Below, piece after piece: positions 10,300 to 21,639 of a stretch of DNA of 64,000 nucleotides. Below the pieces are notes generated by a model. It made no database searches. It was not told where the DNA came from and saw only the letters and a program-made list of their open reading frames with translations. A program made the position numbers and the translations under genes. The stretch's first letter is position 1. Each line of letters begins with the position of its first letter. Source of the stretch: Piedraia hortae CBS 480.64. Its lineage: Eukaryota. Location: NCBI GenBank assembly GCA_010093745.1, contig MU005990.1:1-64000 (forward strand), read 5' to 3'.

Positions 10300-11100
10300 T
10301 CGCCCAAAATGGAAAGTCGGGCAAGCGTTGGATTGCCCGACTCGGCCCGTCCCGGACAATCCATTCTTCCTCTGACCCTAAAACGTACTACAACGGGCAT
10401 GTGTAATGCTGCAAGATCAAATGTCATCTGGCTATGATACCTACTGGTTACAGTGTCCCAACACTGACTCAGTTCTGACTGTGTCCGCCCTTCAGCCCCA
10501 TTCCTGCAGTGTTCGCTTTTCAAGGCATCCCGCGGCATTGTGCGGGGCAAGTATGCTGCCTTTAAGGGTGCAACCTATCCACTATGGTTACTGATAGCAG
10601 CCATGTGTGGTACCAGATTTCAGAGCAGCACTGAAACGGGATTATTGCTCACAATCTTTGGAATGAATCCAATGCAAGGGCTATGAGCGATAACATCGCA
10701 ACCTTGACCTCTTGATGAGGTATAATTCTCATCAGAATCGAGGCAGGAGCTTGCCTGCCTCTGACTCGTGAACACAGCTTAATGCGCAGCACTAACCACG
10801 TTGTATGTTCTCACAGTCTTTCCCTCAACACGTGCTGGCTCTATCAAAGGCCCCGAAGCAGAAAGTGCCATCGCACAACACACATCCCAGGTCCAGGAGC
10901 TCTGGCGACATGTAAATTGATGCATTCGTGATTGGCTGAAAAGCGCATCGATTGGCTGCAGAGGATTTAGCGTTAGGCCTCTAATCAGGGTTAGGGACTG
11001 TATTAAGAGAGATAATAATAACGACAACTACGATCCTTCTACCACTCAAACGAAAGAAGGGCCGGCAGTCGGCCAATAGCCATGGCAAACGCTATCACCT
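10300..11100 (-). ncRNA. Candidate telomerase RNA / structured lncRNA (boundaries approximate)
   Basis: Minus-strand template-like AGUCCCUAACCCUGA (10999-10985), an upstream hairpin (11060-11035), a long-range helix (10945-10936 with 10523-10514), many local hairpins and an Sm-like AUUUUGG (10310-10304). No credible ORF. Confidence 0.45.
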
Positions 11101-11830
11101 TGCATTATCCGTGCGGTCCTGCAGTGTACTCATCCAGGCAAGTATGATTGTCGTACATCTTGATCCAATCCTCAACCGCGGCTGGGCGATGATTACTCTG
11201 ATACACCCCGGGATGCTTCCTTGCACTTAATCTACAAGACCGCAACGGCCGTTTCAACATCTTTTGCGCCATCTTCCATCGCGTTTAGGATCATAGGCCC
11301 GTGCCCTGCCATTTCGCTAGTTGCATGTGGACGTAACTCGCATCCACAGCTTATCCCTTACCGCTGCGGGCTGTCATGCCGTGCTACCGTCGATACTTGA
11401 CATAATTTGGCCCTGGCAGACGCCAAGGGAAAAAAAGTCACAGATTGGCGGAGGCCGCTAAGAGTTCTCAAGCGATATTAATTGTGGTTTTCTGGCAAAC
11501 CATCCGCAAATGGCGCTGCAAACTCTGACCCCAGCGACCAATGAAACAAGTTCTCACCCCTGATCCGCTCGTGGTATACGTATTGACTCCATTAGCGGGG
11601 AATAGATCCCCACCCTCCCCTTCCCTGGGGCTTTTATATTAAAAATGCGCTTCACGTGCAGCTGCCGATTTCCAATTCTTACTGCTCGCATTGCTGGCTT
11701 TGGCCGTCCGTTCCCTATTTCATGTCCTGACCCGTTGCTAGCTCTGTTGTCTTTCCCAGCTTCACTCTCACTAAAAAGGTGTTTTGCCAGCTCTGTCTCG
11801 TGATTGACCCGTTCAGCTCCCAGCTGAGCC

Positions 11831-13363
11831 ATGGGAGTCTCGAATGACGCCGTTAGCACTAGTCGACCCTCGCACCCGCCGTCGGCAGAAAACGCAGCTC
11901 CCCAGGCCTCATTTCGCGTATACAATGCCCCACGGCCCTTATCAGCAACGCCGACTGATGGCGACATGGCTCAGCACCATCCACCGTCTGGAGATGGCTT
12001 GGCCGCTGCCATAACCCGCCTGCAATCCCAGGTGTCTTACAACACCAACATCATCGACTCCCAGCGCTCCCAGATTGCAGAAATCGAGCAGACGATGCAC
12101 AGTTTGCATGCTCACGTGGAACGCCTTGGTCGAGCCATAAATGATATCAGGGCAGGAATGAGATCTGGCGTTGATCATAATGTTCCCCCGCCTGAGGATC
12201 TGGAAGTTTTGGCCAGTCAGATCACGCAAGCCACCAACAAGGCCAATGAGGTCGACAGCTTGAAGATGCAAGTGAAGCTGCTGACCAATCGTCTCAGGCG
12301 ATTCGAAGATGGCGCAGCCGTTTCAACTGCTTCTCCTCCTACTTTTGCCCCACGGGCCCAGACGCCCTTGAACACCCACGATGTAGCCCAATCTGCCGCG
12401 CCTGCACAGCATCCGTCGCTGCCGCCCATGCGCATGCCAGTAATGTCCCCAGCCCAAGAACGAGGCCCTATAAATGCTGTTCATTCCCACATGCCACATG
12501 TTCCTCTTCCCCAAGGCGAGCAGCCGCATGCCGGTTCACGTTACCGGCCTGTTGAGCCATTGACACATCCTCCTGCTGTTACTCTTTGGCGGTCGCACGA
12601 GCACTCGCAACCTGCTATCCACCCGGGTCCGTCAACTTCTGCTCAGCTTCCGCGCAGTACAGCAGTTAATGCTAGCGGCTGGCGTCCTGTGAATGTCAGA
12701 GCCACCAGCAAGCGGCCGTCGGAAGATACACCAAACGATCAACCTTCGTCCGCCCCAGGTTCTCCCAAACGAACCAAATTAACAGCCATATTACCACGGA
12801 GCAGCCATGGCACTGACTCGGGAGCGTCCGTAACATCTGATAGTCCCAGAATGGCTACCGAGGAAATTGTTAAGCCAGCGTCGATCGCGCCGAGGCCAGG
12901 TGCTGCACCGCCATCGGCATACCGCTTCATGCCGCCAACAGCACCTGCTGACGCTGGAGAGTGGAAACAAGAAGGCGCCTTGGCAAACAACGGCCGAACG
13001 GGCGGTAGACCAGAAGAGGAACCCCACAACGGCAGCGGATTATCCCGAGGGCGCGGTCAGCAGAATTCTGGCAGTGGCAAGAAAACGAGGACCAAACCAA
13101 CACGTAATGCAGACGGTATCCTAATCCGCAAGGACGGCAATCCAGACATGCGCTCCATCAGCTCCGTCAACAACTTGCGCAAAGTTTCTGCGAAAAAAGA
13201 AGCCGAGCGCGCAGAATTGGCGAAGCGTAATGCGCAACAGCAACAACAGCAGCAACAGCTACAGGAACAGAGCATTGAAGAAAACGGAGAAGAGGAAGGC
13301 CCAAACACAAGACAATCGACACCAAAAGATGGTGCCAGTGAGGCTTCTGATGCCGAGCCTTAA
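11831..13363 (+). CDS. Uncharacterised fungal protein with N-terminal coiled coil, Pro-rich middle, basic motif and polyQ
   Basis: 510-aa intact ORF with heptad-like AAAITRLQSQVSYN...EVDSLKMQVKLLTNRLRRFE and motif KPTRNADGILIRKDGNPDMRSISSVNNLRKV. Confidence 0.82.
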   Translation: MGVSNDAVSTSRPSHPPSAENAAPQASFRVYNAPRPLSATPTDGDMAQHHPPSGDGLAAAITRLQSQVSYNTNIIDSQRSQIAEIEQTMHSLHAHVERLGRAINDIRAGMRSGVDHNVPPPEDLEVLASQITQATNKANEVDSLKMQVKLLTNRLRRFEDGAAVSTASPPTFAPRAQTPLNTHDVAQSAAPAQHPSLPPMRMPVMSPAQERGPINAVHSHMPHVPLPQGEQPHAGSRYRPVEPLTHPPAVTLWRSHEHSQPAIHPGPSTSAQLPRSTAVNASGWRPVNVRATSKRPSEDTPNDQPSSAPGSPKRTKLTAILPRSSHGTDSGASVTSDSPRMATEEIVKPASIAPRPGAAPPSAYRFMPPTAPADAGEWKQEGALANNGRTGGRPEEEPHNGSGLSRGRGQQNSGSGKKTRTKPTRNADGILIRKDGNPDMRSISSVNNLRKVSAKKEAERAELAKRNAQQQQQQQQLQEQSIEENGEEEGPNTRQSTPKDGASEASDAEP

Positions 13364-15524
13364 GTTGTAATACTACTTGGAAAATGACAACACTGCGAAA
13401 TAAGGCGAACAGCTTGGCTACGAAATCCTTGCAGTATCAACCGATATCAGGAGGCTGCGAGCACGGTAGCAATACGCTGAATATGACAGAACGCGAGTTA
13501 TCTCAGTGCAGGCAGCTTGAGAGAAGCTCCCCTTTTGCCAATGGGCCGAGGTGATGCTGAGGGGATGGATCTAGTAGAATCGGATGTAGTCGGAACTGAG
13601 ATCAAGATCCTGCATGCGCGGAGGATGTGTTGTATGGCGATGAGGGCGAAGATCATTTAGTTTGTTGGTGGCCACAGATACGTAACAAATAGTTGAACAG
13701 GCTCGTTGTATATTATGCATCCACCCTGTGACAGTGCACCTTGAATTCCGTGGGTGTTGACTTCATATATTTTTGCGAGATGATACATAAGTTGCCTAAT
13801 TGTGTCTAGACGTATCTATACCTTGTATAAAACTCGTCTAGTCAGTCATCTTTGACCCATCTCAATGCGGTATTCCTATTCCGTCTACCGATCGCCCTGG
13901 TAGTTCGAGTGAAGATATGGGCTTTGACAATGTTTTGTGCGGTCGAATGATAGTAGCGGATCAATCAAAGTGCCATCCAGCTCCCGTAAGGGTTTACACC
14001 CATCGGATCTGAAGCAAGTAAGGATTCATATCTGGCCGAAAACAGGGGGTCTGTCTTGTTTCCGTACCACGCTCCTCTCTAACCGCTACGGCCACGCCGC
14101 CTCCAACAGTATCCCCGCAGTGTACGGTGGCTGAAATGTGCGTCGAACGCTTGCCACTCCCCCACTTGGATACAGGACATGTTTGGATAATGACAGGTCG
14201 ATTTAACATGCCATCTGATTTCTGCGGGTCTATGAGCTTCGTATGCGCAAAATGTGCCACGAGTATTATTCCACCTCCAGCTACCGCCGGAGCCATGTAA
14301 GATATCGCCTCCTCTGCCTCGTTATTCGCTTTTAACGATATGTACCCATCATTTTAGAGTGCTATGTGGTTCCCTTGTAGATCTATAGCATCACGTCCAT
14401 AGAAAATGTCACGAGCAAAATTTCGCCATGGCTCTTGTCAAGAGTATATAAAACTTCGCCTCCTCGGCGATCGTCATTTATCTGCCCGCTCTTTCCAACG
14501 CTGTTCAATCTTAGAGAGGGTCTGCAGCGAGTTTTCATTTTAGTTTCCACTTTAATCTCAGATCCATTTTTAGTTACCACTTCAAAAATCCATGGCCTGC
14601 TAAACGGAGCTGCATTTCCACAAAGAGATATCGCGGCTCCCTTTCAAATCTCCGGTCCTCAAAACAGTGACCGGCTGCAATCTCTATATATTTCCTACGG
14701 CTTGTTCCCAAATCGTGTAACTTTGGGATACCCCGCAATGTAGTAGGTGTGTCTTGGCATTCTTCCGAACCCCTACACACCCGACAGGTAGAACAGACGT
14801 AAACCCTTGTCCTTGTACCAAACAATTGCTAGCCAGCGTACGCCAATAACTGCGGTGAAGCTGTATTGCTTCGGAATTTTACTGAAGTTGGAAATTTTGA
14901 TGCAGGCGAGTGTACCTCCAAACTGCATGCCAGGACTGATCTCCCTGCTGCTCCATAACCGTCAATGCAAGGACAGACCTTTCTGCTCCGGTGACGCCCC
15001 AACCAACGCCCCTACTACCTCAACCCGCGAACGTAGACTGGCAGTACGAGTACTCTGTGCCCAACAACGCCTTCTCTGGCTGAATACCAATAGCTCACGT
15101 ACGGCCGTACACTTCCATGCCGTAGCAATGGACCTGTACCCACCCTTTCCTTTGTGCACAATGAGCTTGTTCCTCACCACAAAGGCCCTCACTGCTGCTT
15201 GTGCATAATGTCCATGTTTCCTCCGCAAATATCCCCACCGCCGCCTGTGCGCAATGAGCTCGTTCCCTACCACAAAACCCTTATTACCTTCACAAAGCTC
15301 TGTACCACCGCTCGTAGCACCCAAACAATGCCCTTTAGCCCCATGCACGATCGCCTTGTCCACCATTCAACTCTCGCACTGACTATCCAACCCGACATGC
15401 ACTGTCCTCCCCCAGAACTACGTAAAAACTAGGCTCCAGGACCTACTCCAAAAACCGAAAACCTCATACCAATCAGAAAAAAAAATACAATAACTTCCTA
15501 TCCAAAATCAAAAAATTCTACAAA

Positions 15525-16799
15525 ATGTCAACCGTAACCAACCCCACAACGCACCAAATCGCAACAACCCTCTTCACCCTCCTCTTCACCTTCAGGTATC
15601 TCCGCCTCCTCATCTCAATATACGCTTACCTAACCACCCATCCCAAAGCCATCTCCCCAAACCCAAAGTTCGCCCCGGGGGACGTAACAGTCCTCATCCC
15701 CACTACCTTCAAATCGCCCCCGGAACTCCTCTCCTGCCTCCGCCGGATCACATCCAACCGTCCCTCCAAAATCGTGGTGATAACCTCACACACCCACGTG
15801 CAAAGCATCCGTACTCTCTGCACCGAAAACATACTAAAAGCAACCGTCCTCGGCGTAGCCATCCTGAACAAACGCACGCAACTCCTCCGCGGTCTGGAGT
15901 TCGTCCAGACCCCCATCGTCGTCCTCGCGGACGACGACGTGCTCTGGCCCTCGCAAAACTACCTTTCCATCCTCTTGACCATATTCGAGAACGAAGAGGT
16001 CGGCGCAGGCGGAGGAAGGCAGCGCCTGAAGCGCAAGGCGAGGCCAAGTTTCTGGGACTTTTTAGGAACATCCTACCTGGAACGGAGGGTGTGGAATAAT
16101 ATTTCGACGAATAGGATCGATGGGTCGATTTCAACCCTCTCGGGCCGGACGGCGGCGTATCGGAGCTGTATTCTAAAAAACCCGTGGTTTTATAATTATT
16201 TTGCGAATGATTTTTGGAAGGGGAGGTTACTTAATTCGGATGATGATAAGTGTCTTACGAGGTGGGTGTTTAGGAATGGATGGGATATTGCGATTCAGAC
16301 GCACGAAGATGCGGTTCTGGAGACGACGTTGGAGACGGGGTGGGGGTTCATACAGCAGTGTCTGCGCTGGGCGAGGGCGCATTGGAGGGGGAATCTTATT
16401 GTTATGGAGGGGGAGAAGTATTGGTGCGAGAGGAAGTACTGGTTTGGGTTGTATGCGATTTATATTGCGCAGTGGACGCAATTTGCGGTCGTGTATGATG
16501 GGGTAATGCTCGCGTTGGTGAGGGTGCTGTGGCCTGAGATGACGTGGGGCTTCGTGGGATGGGTTTTGGGAACGAAGTTGGTTAAGTTGGTGCCGCATTT
16601 TTGGAGGTATCCGAAGGATTTGGTGCTCGTGCCGGTTTCGGTGGCGTTTAGTTACCTCCATGGGGTGATTAATTTGTATGCGCTGCTGACGTTGAGGACG
16701 ATGAATTGGAGTGGGAAGGATCTTGAGGCGTTGCAGGTTGAGAGGAAGATAGAGGTGCTGCAGGCTGAGAGAAAGACGCAGAATGAGAAAGAGGTATGA
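15525..16799 (+). CDS. Glycosyltransferase family 2 membrane polysaccharide synthase (Cps1-like)
   Basis: VTVLIPT, LADDDVLW, LSGRTAAYR, DDDKCLTRW and processive QxxRW motif (QCLRWAR), with N- and C-terminal TM segments. Intronless. Confidence 0.9.
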   Translation: MSTVTNPTTHQIATTLFTLLFTFRYLRLLISIYAYLTTHPKAISPNPKFAPGDVTVLIPTTFKSPPELLSCLRRITSNRPSKIVVITSHTHVQSIRTLCTENILKATVLGVAILNKRTQLLRGLEFVQTPIVVLADDDVLWPSQNYLSILLTIFENEEVGAGGGRQRLKRKARPSFWDFLGTSYLERRVWNNISTNRIDGSISTLSGRTAAYRSCILKNPWFYNYFANDFWKGRLLNSDDDKCLTRWVFRNGWDIAIQTHEDAVLETTLETGWGFIQQCLRWARAHWRGNLIVMEGEKYWCERKYWFGLYAIYIAQWTQFAVVYDGVMLALVRVLWPEMTWGFVGWVLGTKLVKLVPHFWRYPKDLVLVPVSVAFSYLHGVINLYALLTLRTMNWSGKDLEALQVERKIEVLQAERKTQNEKEV

Positions 16800-17454
16800 A
16801 GGTATGTGAATACAGGGGGAAAAAAAGTAAGTGGGTCTGAGGTAAGTGCGAGGTAGGTGGTTTTACTTTTAAGTTTTTGCCATGGCTTTTGTTTTCTTGG
16901 TTTCTTCAATCGTCGCAACGTCATGATTCTGCCCGATATATAGAGTCTGAAGTGCCGCGTCAAAATTTATATTACCCTACGTCTCGTCGCAAAAAGTCAA
17001 GTCAATCCAGATTGATGGATGAGGTGCACAGTAGATTGCTCAATCTAGTTGCCTTGCCAGTTGATGAAGGCGCCCCGCTCAGTGAAAAAAAGGTCCGTGC
17101 GCCTCTTTTGGGCGGCACAGAATTTCCCCAAAATAGACATTCACGCACGCTGATGGAAGATTAGCCGGATGTTTCTGGTGAACTAGTGGCCTTAGGAATG
17201 AGCCAAGGCGCACGAGATTCGAAAATTTCACATGTAAACATGTCGACGCAGCGGCAAAGGTTTGATTCATAGATGAGATTAAAAGACCATATTGAACATA
17301 GGATACACCTGAGCAACGGGGCGAAGACAGTTCAACGACTGCACACACTCCCTCATGCAGCTGTTCAGTATCCATATACAAATCCTCATATATCCCCTCC
17401 ATCAGCGATAACTTGGTATGTAAAGCTGTCCGCCGCACATAAAACTCCATTTTA

Positions 17455-19566
17455 CTACCTAACAGTCATCAACGCGAGTCCATCCCGCGCCGTTTCATTC
17501 GCGCGACGAAGTTTCTGGTCCTCCACATCCGTCCACTGAACCGACAACTGGTCCCACTTCTTAATCCTGTATTCACTCCTAAACGTCTGTCGAAGCTCAA
17601 GCATCTCAGCCAAGGGACGCGGGTCTCCACAGCCAGTGTACACCATAAGCGCCGTGCAGGCCGGCAGTGAATTCGCAATTTCACTAATACAACCGACAGT
17701 GCGAGCAACGACATCGGCTAGAGAAGTATTCGCATTCTCATCAGTAGTTTTGTTGCGAGCGGCTTCGTTGTCTTCCGTTTTGGATTTGTTCCACCATCCC
17801 CGATACGCTTCTAGCTCGCGTAGACGCGCCCAGACGAAGTCGCAGCCGCCTCGGGGGACTTCATCTGTATCATTGCCATGCACGGCGAGTTGGACGCCTT
17901 TAACGACTTCTGCGTCGGTTTGACAGCCGATAGCGAAACGTGCCTGGCTGCCGTAGCCGCGGGTTGGGTCGCCCCAGTCTACTACGGCTCCGACGCGCGG
18001 TTCGGTATCCCCGCTTGGGTCGTTCATGTCGCGTTTGGGCCTATGGCTGCGTGCTAGGCGCTGGAATATGGGCTCATTGTTCGCGTCAGGCATGCCCCAT
18101 TCTTTGCCTTTTTCGCATTTCTGCTTGACGAGATCGAGGACGGCTTTTGCGTCTTCGACACTGTCGTGGCCTGTCGAGCCGTGGCCTTGTTGGATTTGTC
18201 GGGAGAGGTACTTTTTGGCAAGGAACTTTAGCTTGGACTTGAGTGGTGGGCCCATTGGGTGTGGGTACAGCATGGCTGTATCTACAATGAACGGGTGAGT
18301 AATTCGCAGAGCTTCCAGGTCAGAATTGAGGCTATGGCCGAGCAAGATGGTTTGGGGCGTGAGCAGGGAAAGGAGCTTTGCTTGCGCATCTGCGAGTGTT
18401 GTGGTAACATTGCGGAGCGTCTGCTCTGTTATGCCAGAGTAGCCCGTCAAGTAATCGGTGATGGGCTCCGCTGGCTTTACAAGCTCGTCCAAGACTACTT
18501 TGCCGTTCCAATCAACCACCGATAATCTTGTAAGGCTCAAGATTCTATCGGCTTTGTCTGCATCGGCTGGTGATACTACACACATTTCGCAGTCTATGGA
18601 TAGAACATGACGACCGGCAGTGATGCTGCCACTCTGAATCTTCTCCTCAGGCACATTACCGGCTTCGAGATTGGGGATGTTGGGGGTATCGATCCAGCCT
18701 TGCTCGGCATTTGCTCCAAGCGTTTCTCGAAGAGTAGCATCTCTGGCAGCACACACCGAATTGATATAGTGAGCCGGATGCAGAATGTAGCCATCTTGTA
18801 TGAGTTCATCGGTAGTAGCTATGAACTCCGTGATGGGGGTGCGTACGGACTTTTTATCCGGCAAAGACGGCGCTTTTGAGCCTCGCTTTTTGTCTTTTGG
18901 ATTAAACCGTAAAGTCGTCAACATCGACGCGAGAGGCGAGTGGATTCGCCCGTGGTTACTGTCACCAGCAGCACGAACTGGCCAGACATGTTCGAACAAG
19001 TCTGCAAGAGGTTTGAGGGGTTTCGACAAGGCCAACCCATTTAGCTTCTTGGGATAGTAATCGTCGGGCGAAGCTGAGCCCTTTTTACGTTTAACGGTAA
19101 TAAACCCGTCCGCATCGGCAGCTGGATTAGCAGGGTCCGAGCCCGGTTGCGCAATTGCTTCATTTTCATTCTGCAGCGATACCTGGCCGCTGAACATGCC
19201 GGGCTCAAGCCCGGGTACCATCAAAACCACCACTTTCCGAATTGCTTGATGATTTTTCACAGCTATCCACTGCGGTGCAACTCCATCAGCCAGCAAGTAC
19301 AGCACCACATTCTGCAAATCGCTAAGTTTCACATAAGTTTTGAGACGCGCATTAGGTGAGTGTATAAATGCAGGATAGTTGTCATGTTTCGCAGCAGTAG
19401 AGGACTTCTTTCGGCGCCTTTTACGGTTAGGACCGGCTTCATGGCCGTCTTCTGGCGACGTACCCGCCATGTTGTTAGCAACTTGATTGGGAACGTAGCC
19501 GTGGGGTTGAGAAGTGCTCTGTCCTATGCTGTCTTCTAGCTCGTCGCGTGCGTGCTTTCCAGCCAT
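17455..19566 (-). CDS. DEDDh RNA exonuclease (Rex1/Rnh70-like)
   Basis: SIDCEMC, ITDYLTGYSGIT, LLGHSLNSDLEAL, GHDSVEDAKA. Confidence 0.93.
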   Translation of the reverse strand: MAGKHARDELEDSIGQSTSQPHGYVPNQVANNMAGTSPEDGHEAGPNRKRRRKKSSTAAKHDNYPAFIHSPNARLKTYVKLSDLQNVVLYLLADGVAPQWIAVKNHQAIRKVVVLMVPGLEPGMFSGQVSLQNENEAIAQPGSDPANPAADADGFITVKRKKGSASPDDYYPKKLNGLALSKPLKPLADLFEHVWPVRAAGDSNHGRIHSPLASMLTTLRFNPKDKKRGSKAPSLPDKKSVRTPITEFIATTDELIQDGYILHPAHYINSVCAARDATLRETLGANAEQGWIDTPNIPNLEAGNVPEEKIQSGSITAGRHVLSIDCEMCVVSPADADKADRILSLTRLSVVDWNGKVVLDELVKPAEPITDYLTGYSGITEQTLRNVTTTLADAQAKLLSLLTPQTILLGHSLNSDLEALRITHPFIVDTAMLYPHPMGPPLKSKLKFLAKKYLSRQIQQGHGSTGHDSVEDAKAVLDLVKQKCEKGKEWGMPDANNEPIFQRLARSHRPKRDMNDPSGDTEPRVGAVVDWGDPTRGYGSQARFAIGCQTDAEVVKGVQLAVHGNDTDEVPRGGCDFVWARLRELEAYRGWWNKSKTEDNEAARNKTTDENANTSLADVVARTVGCISEIANSLPACTALMVYTGCGDPRPLAEMLELRQTFRSEYRIKKWDQLSVQWTDVEDQKLRRANETARDGLALMTVR

Positions 19567-20224
19567 GGTCGGCTGACTACGAGATATAGTTGCTGAAATA
19601 ATGAGTTCCGTGACGTGGTCGTGCCAAGACAGATGTGGCTAGCGCAACGGCTGTCAACACAGCTGACGCTAACCTTTACCAGGACTCTACATGATCGTGT
19701 TCACACAACCGGAGCACGATTTCATTCTGGGTTGGAATTCTGCGGGAATGCTTACCAGGGCTAACAATTGCGACGAACTGACGGAGTATGAAGAAATGAT
19801 GCAGTGTACCGGATTGATGCAAGGGCAATAACTATTTGCGTACGATATCTTCTCAGCCAGTGAGAGGAAACAACACAAACACCCAATTATTGAAATTGAC
19901 CGCGACAGAGATGGTAGAATGCTGCCAATCTCTGCTCAGATGCAAATGCTTCAAAACATGTAGTTATTACCTTTTATCTGCGTAAAGTCCCTCGCCATCC
20001 AGCATACTTCATACTTATCAATACTTCCAATAGAATAGCTTAGTGTTTGACCTTGGAAACCCATGTATGTTTGCTTGGCTAGATTGACCAAAACCAGATA
20101 CTTTTCCGGTCTTGCTTTCCAGTGCATCGACCGCATGATCAGGTATACTCACTGAACACCGAAAACGACACAGGACCATGGCATCTTTCTGCTTATAGGT
20201 CCCGCTAGCACAGCTGGAGGGCCT

Positions 20225-20405
20225 CCGAATGCGACGAAACGCTTCGAGAATGTCTAGCTTTGTGAAATATTTTGCTTTGCCGAGCCGAATCAGGCCAATC
20301 AGAGGTTCCGGGCAACGATTGTTTCGCGTGACCTCGTTCAACTTGTGGTAATACACACAGAAGCGAGGGCCGAGAGGCCGGGCTTTCCGCACTCCCATAA
20401 CGACA
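20225..20405 (-). mobile_element. Degenerate Ty3/Gypsy reverse transcriptase fragment
   Basis: RFCVYYHKLNEVTRNNRCPEPLI...RLGKAKYFTKLDILEAFRRIR matches the Gypsy RT block RFCVDYRxLNxxTxxNRYPLPLI...AKYFTKLD. Truncated, with no YxDD motif. Confidence 0.8.
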
Positions 20406-20659
20406 TTTTTCAACGAACCACGACCCATACTTTACATCTTCTAGGCACCTCCAAGCGTTCTGCGAATTGGCAATGTCAGACAGAGAGTTGACTTGAAATG
20501 TGTCCATGTGCCGCGGTTGTTACCTCCATGCACGACCATCGCCCAACCAATAGCATGCGCTTCAAGCTGCGTGGCTTTCAGCTGGGCTAGGTCAGGGGTG
20601 TATGTTACGTCTCCATTGGGGTATACCTTGAGATCTCATTCTCGAGAAGACGCTCGGAA

Positions 20660-20800
20660 TCCAGCATTAAGAATACTCGGATCCAGGATGCTTCCTTCGC
20701 AGTCTCATTGATGGCATAGTATTCGGCTTCTGAGGTATTCTGTGGCGTTATAGACTGAAGGCGTGATTTCCAGGATACCGGAGCACCAGCAATGGTTGAT
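20660..20800 (-). mobile_element. Degenerate Ty1/Copia RNase H fragment
   Basis: GAPVSWKSRLQSITPQNTSEAEYYAINETAKEASWIRVFL matches the Copia RNase H block GxxISWxSKKQxxVAxSxxEAEYxAxxxAxKEAxW. Confidence 0.8.
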
Positions 20801-20959
20801 CGAGCAGTGTCGACGTCTGCAGCGAACATGGACAGGATTTTTGGTATTGTCAAAAGGGTGACTGAGCCAGCTTGGCTTTTGCTGCTCGATGCTGGTCGAC
20901 TGGGAAGCAAGCACGGTTAAGATATGCACGGGCATTTCAAGTGTAATCGACGGGTCGTG

Positions 20960-21175
20960 AGTCCGCACTCTGGGACCGCAATCATAGTTGAGGAGGTCAT
21001 ATGGTACACCGGCGAGATGCTGTAGTAGGCAGTTGAGTTTACGATCTTCACTGTATTCGAAATACTCCGGAGCCGAGTCAACCTGTCCCAAACGCTTGCC
21101 CGCCCACTCTTCGTACTCGTCCCGTGACCCTGCAAAAGTGTCAATTTGGACGAACCTAGTCATCTGGGCAGGCAA
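20960..21175 (-). mobile_element. Possible retrotransposon gag-like remnant
   Basis: IDTFAGSRDEYEEWAGK...YSEDRKLNCLLQHLAGVPYDLL resembles the gag FxGxxxxYxxW...LxGxA pattern and lies among other TE debris. Confidence 0.4.
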
Positions 21176-21639
21176 CGTAGCTGTCCAAGGGCAGGTTCTG
21201 CTCCTCGGCTCGAGTTCACGCCGCCTCTTTGGCCCGCGTCTCTTCGTGGAGGGCCTCGATCAGGCCGGCCCAACCGCACCGATCACCGGGTCGAGAGTTT
21301 GACCCGTTCTTTAGGCATTTCATCTTGTTGTCAGCCAAAGCGTTTATAGTTTCGTTCGCGGATATCAGTTCATTCCTGCAACGCTCTCGCTTCAGCTTCT
21401 CGCTGTGTTTTTCCTTCTTAACTGGTCAATCTCTTGGAGGACCTCCCCCCCCCTTATTCACCTGGTGATTACCCCGCCGGGATGCAGCACGAACTTGCGC
21501 GCGGTCGTAGATGTGCAGCAACATTCCGGAAGCTGTAGTCCAGAATGACATTATCCAGCCGATGGCCAACGTCCTTCTCATATATCATGTCAACAGGATT
21601 CCATGAGAGCAGCCATTTCTGAGGTAGCAGAGTTGTATC

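Noticed and set aside
10188..10550. N-terminal extension of the TAF1 ORF in the ORF track
   Set aside because: It starts at a non-ATG codon and has no TAF1-like sequence. MPHSTGD at 10187 is the more plausible start, and the stretch overlaps the structured RNA candidate.
10930..10958. Tandem CAGCCAATC (CCAAT boxes) as the sole explanation of the 10.9-kb region
   Set aside because: They may be real promoter elements, but they are ~750-900 bp from either ATG and do not explain the long-range helix and hairpins. Kept only as an alternative.
13937..14825. Several short ORFs in the gap before the GT2 gene
   Set aside because: No recognisable motifs or consistent splice pattern.
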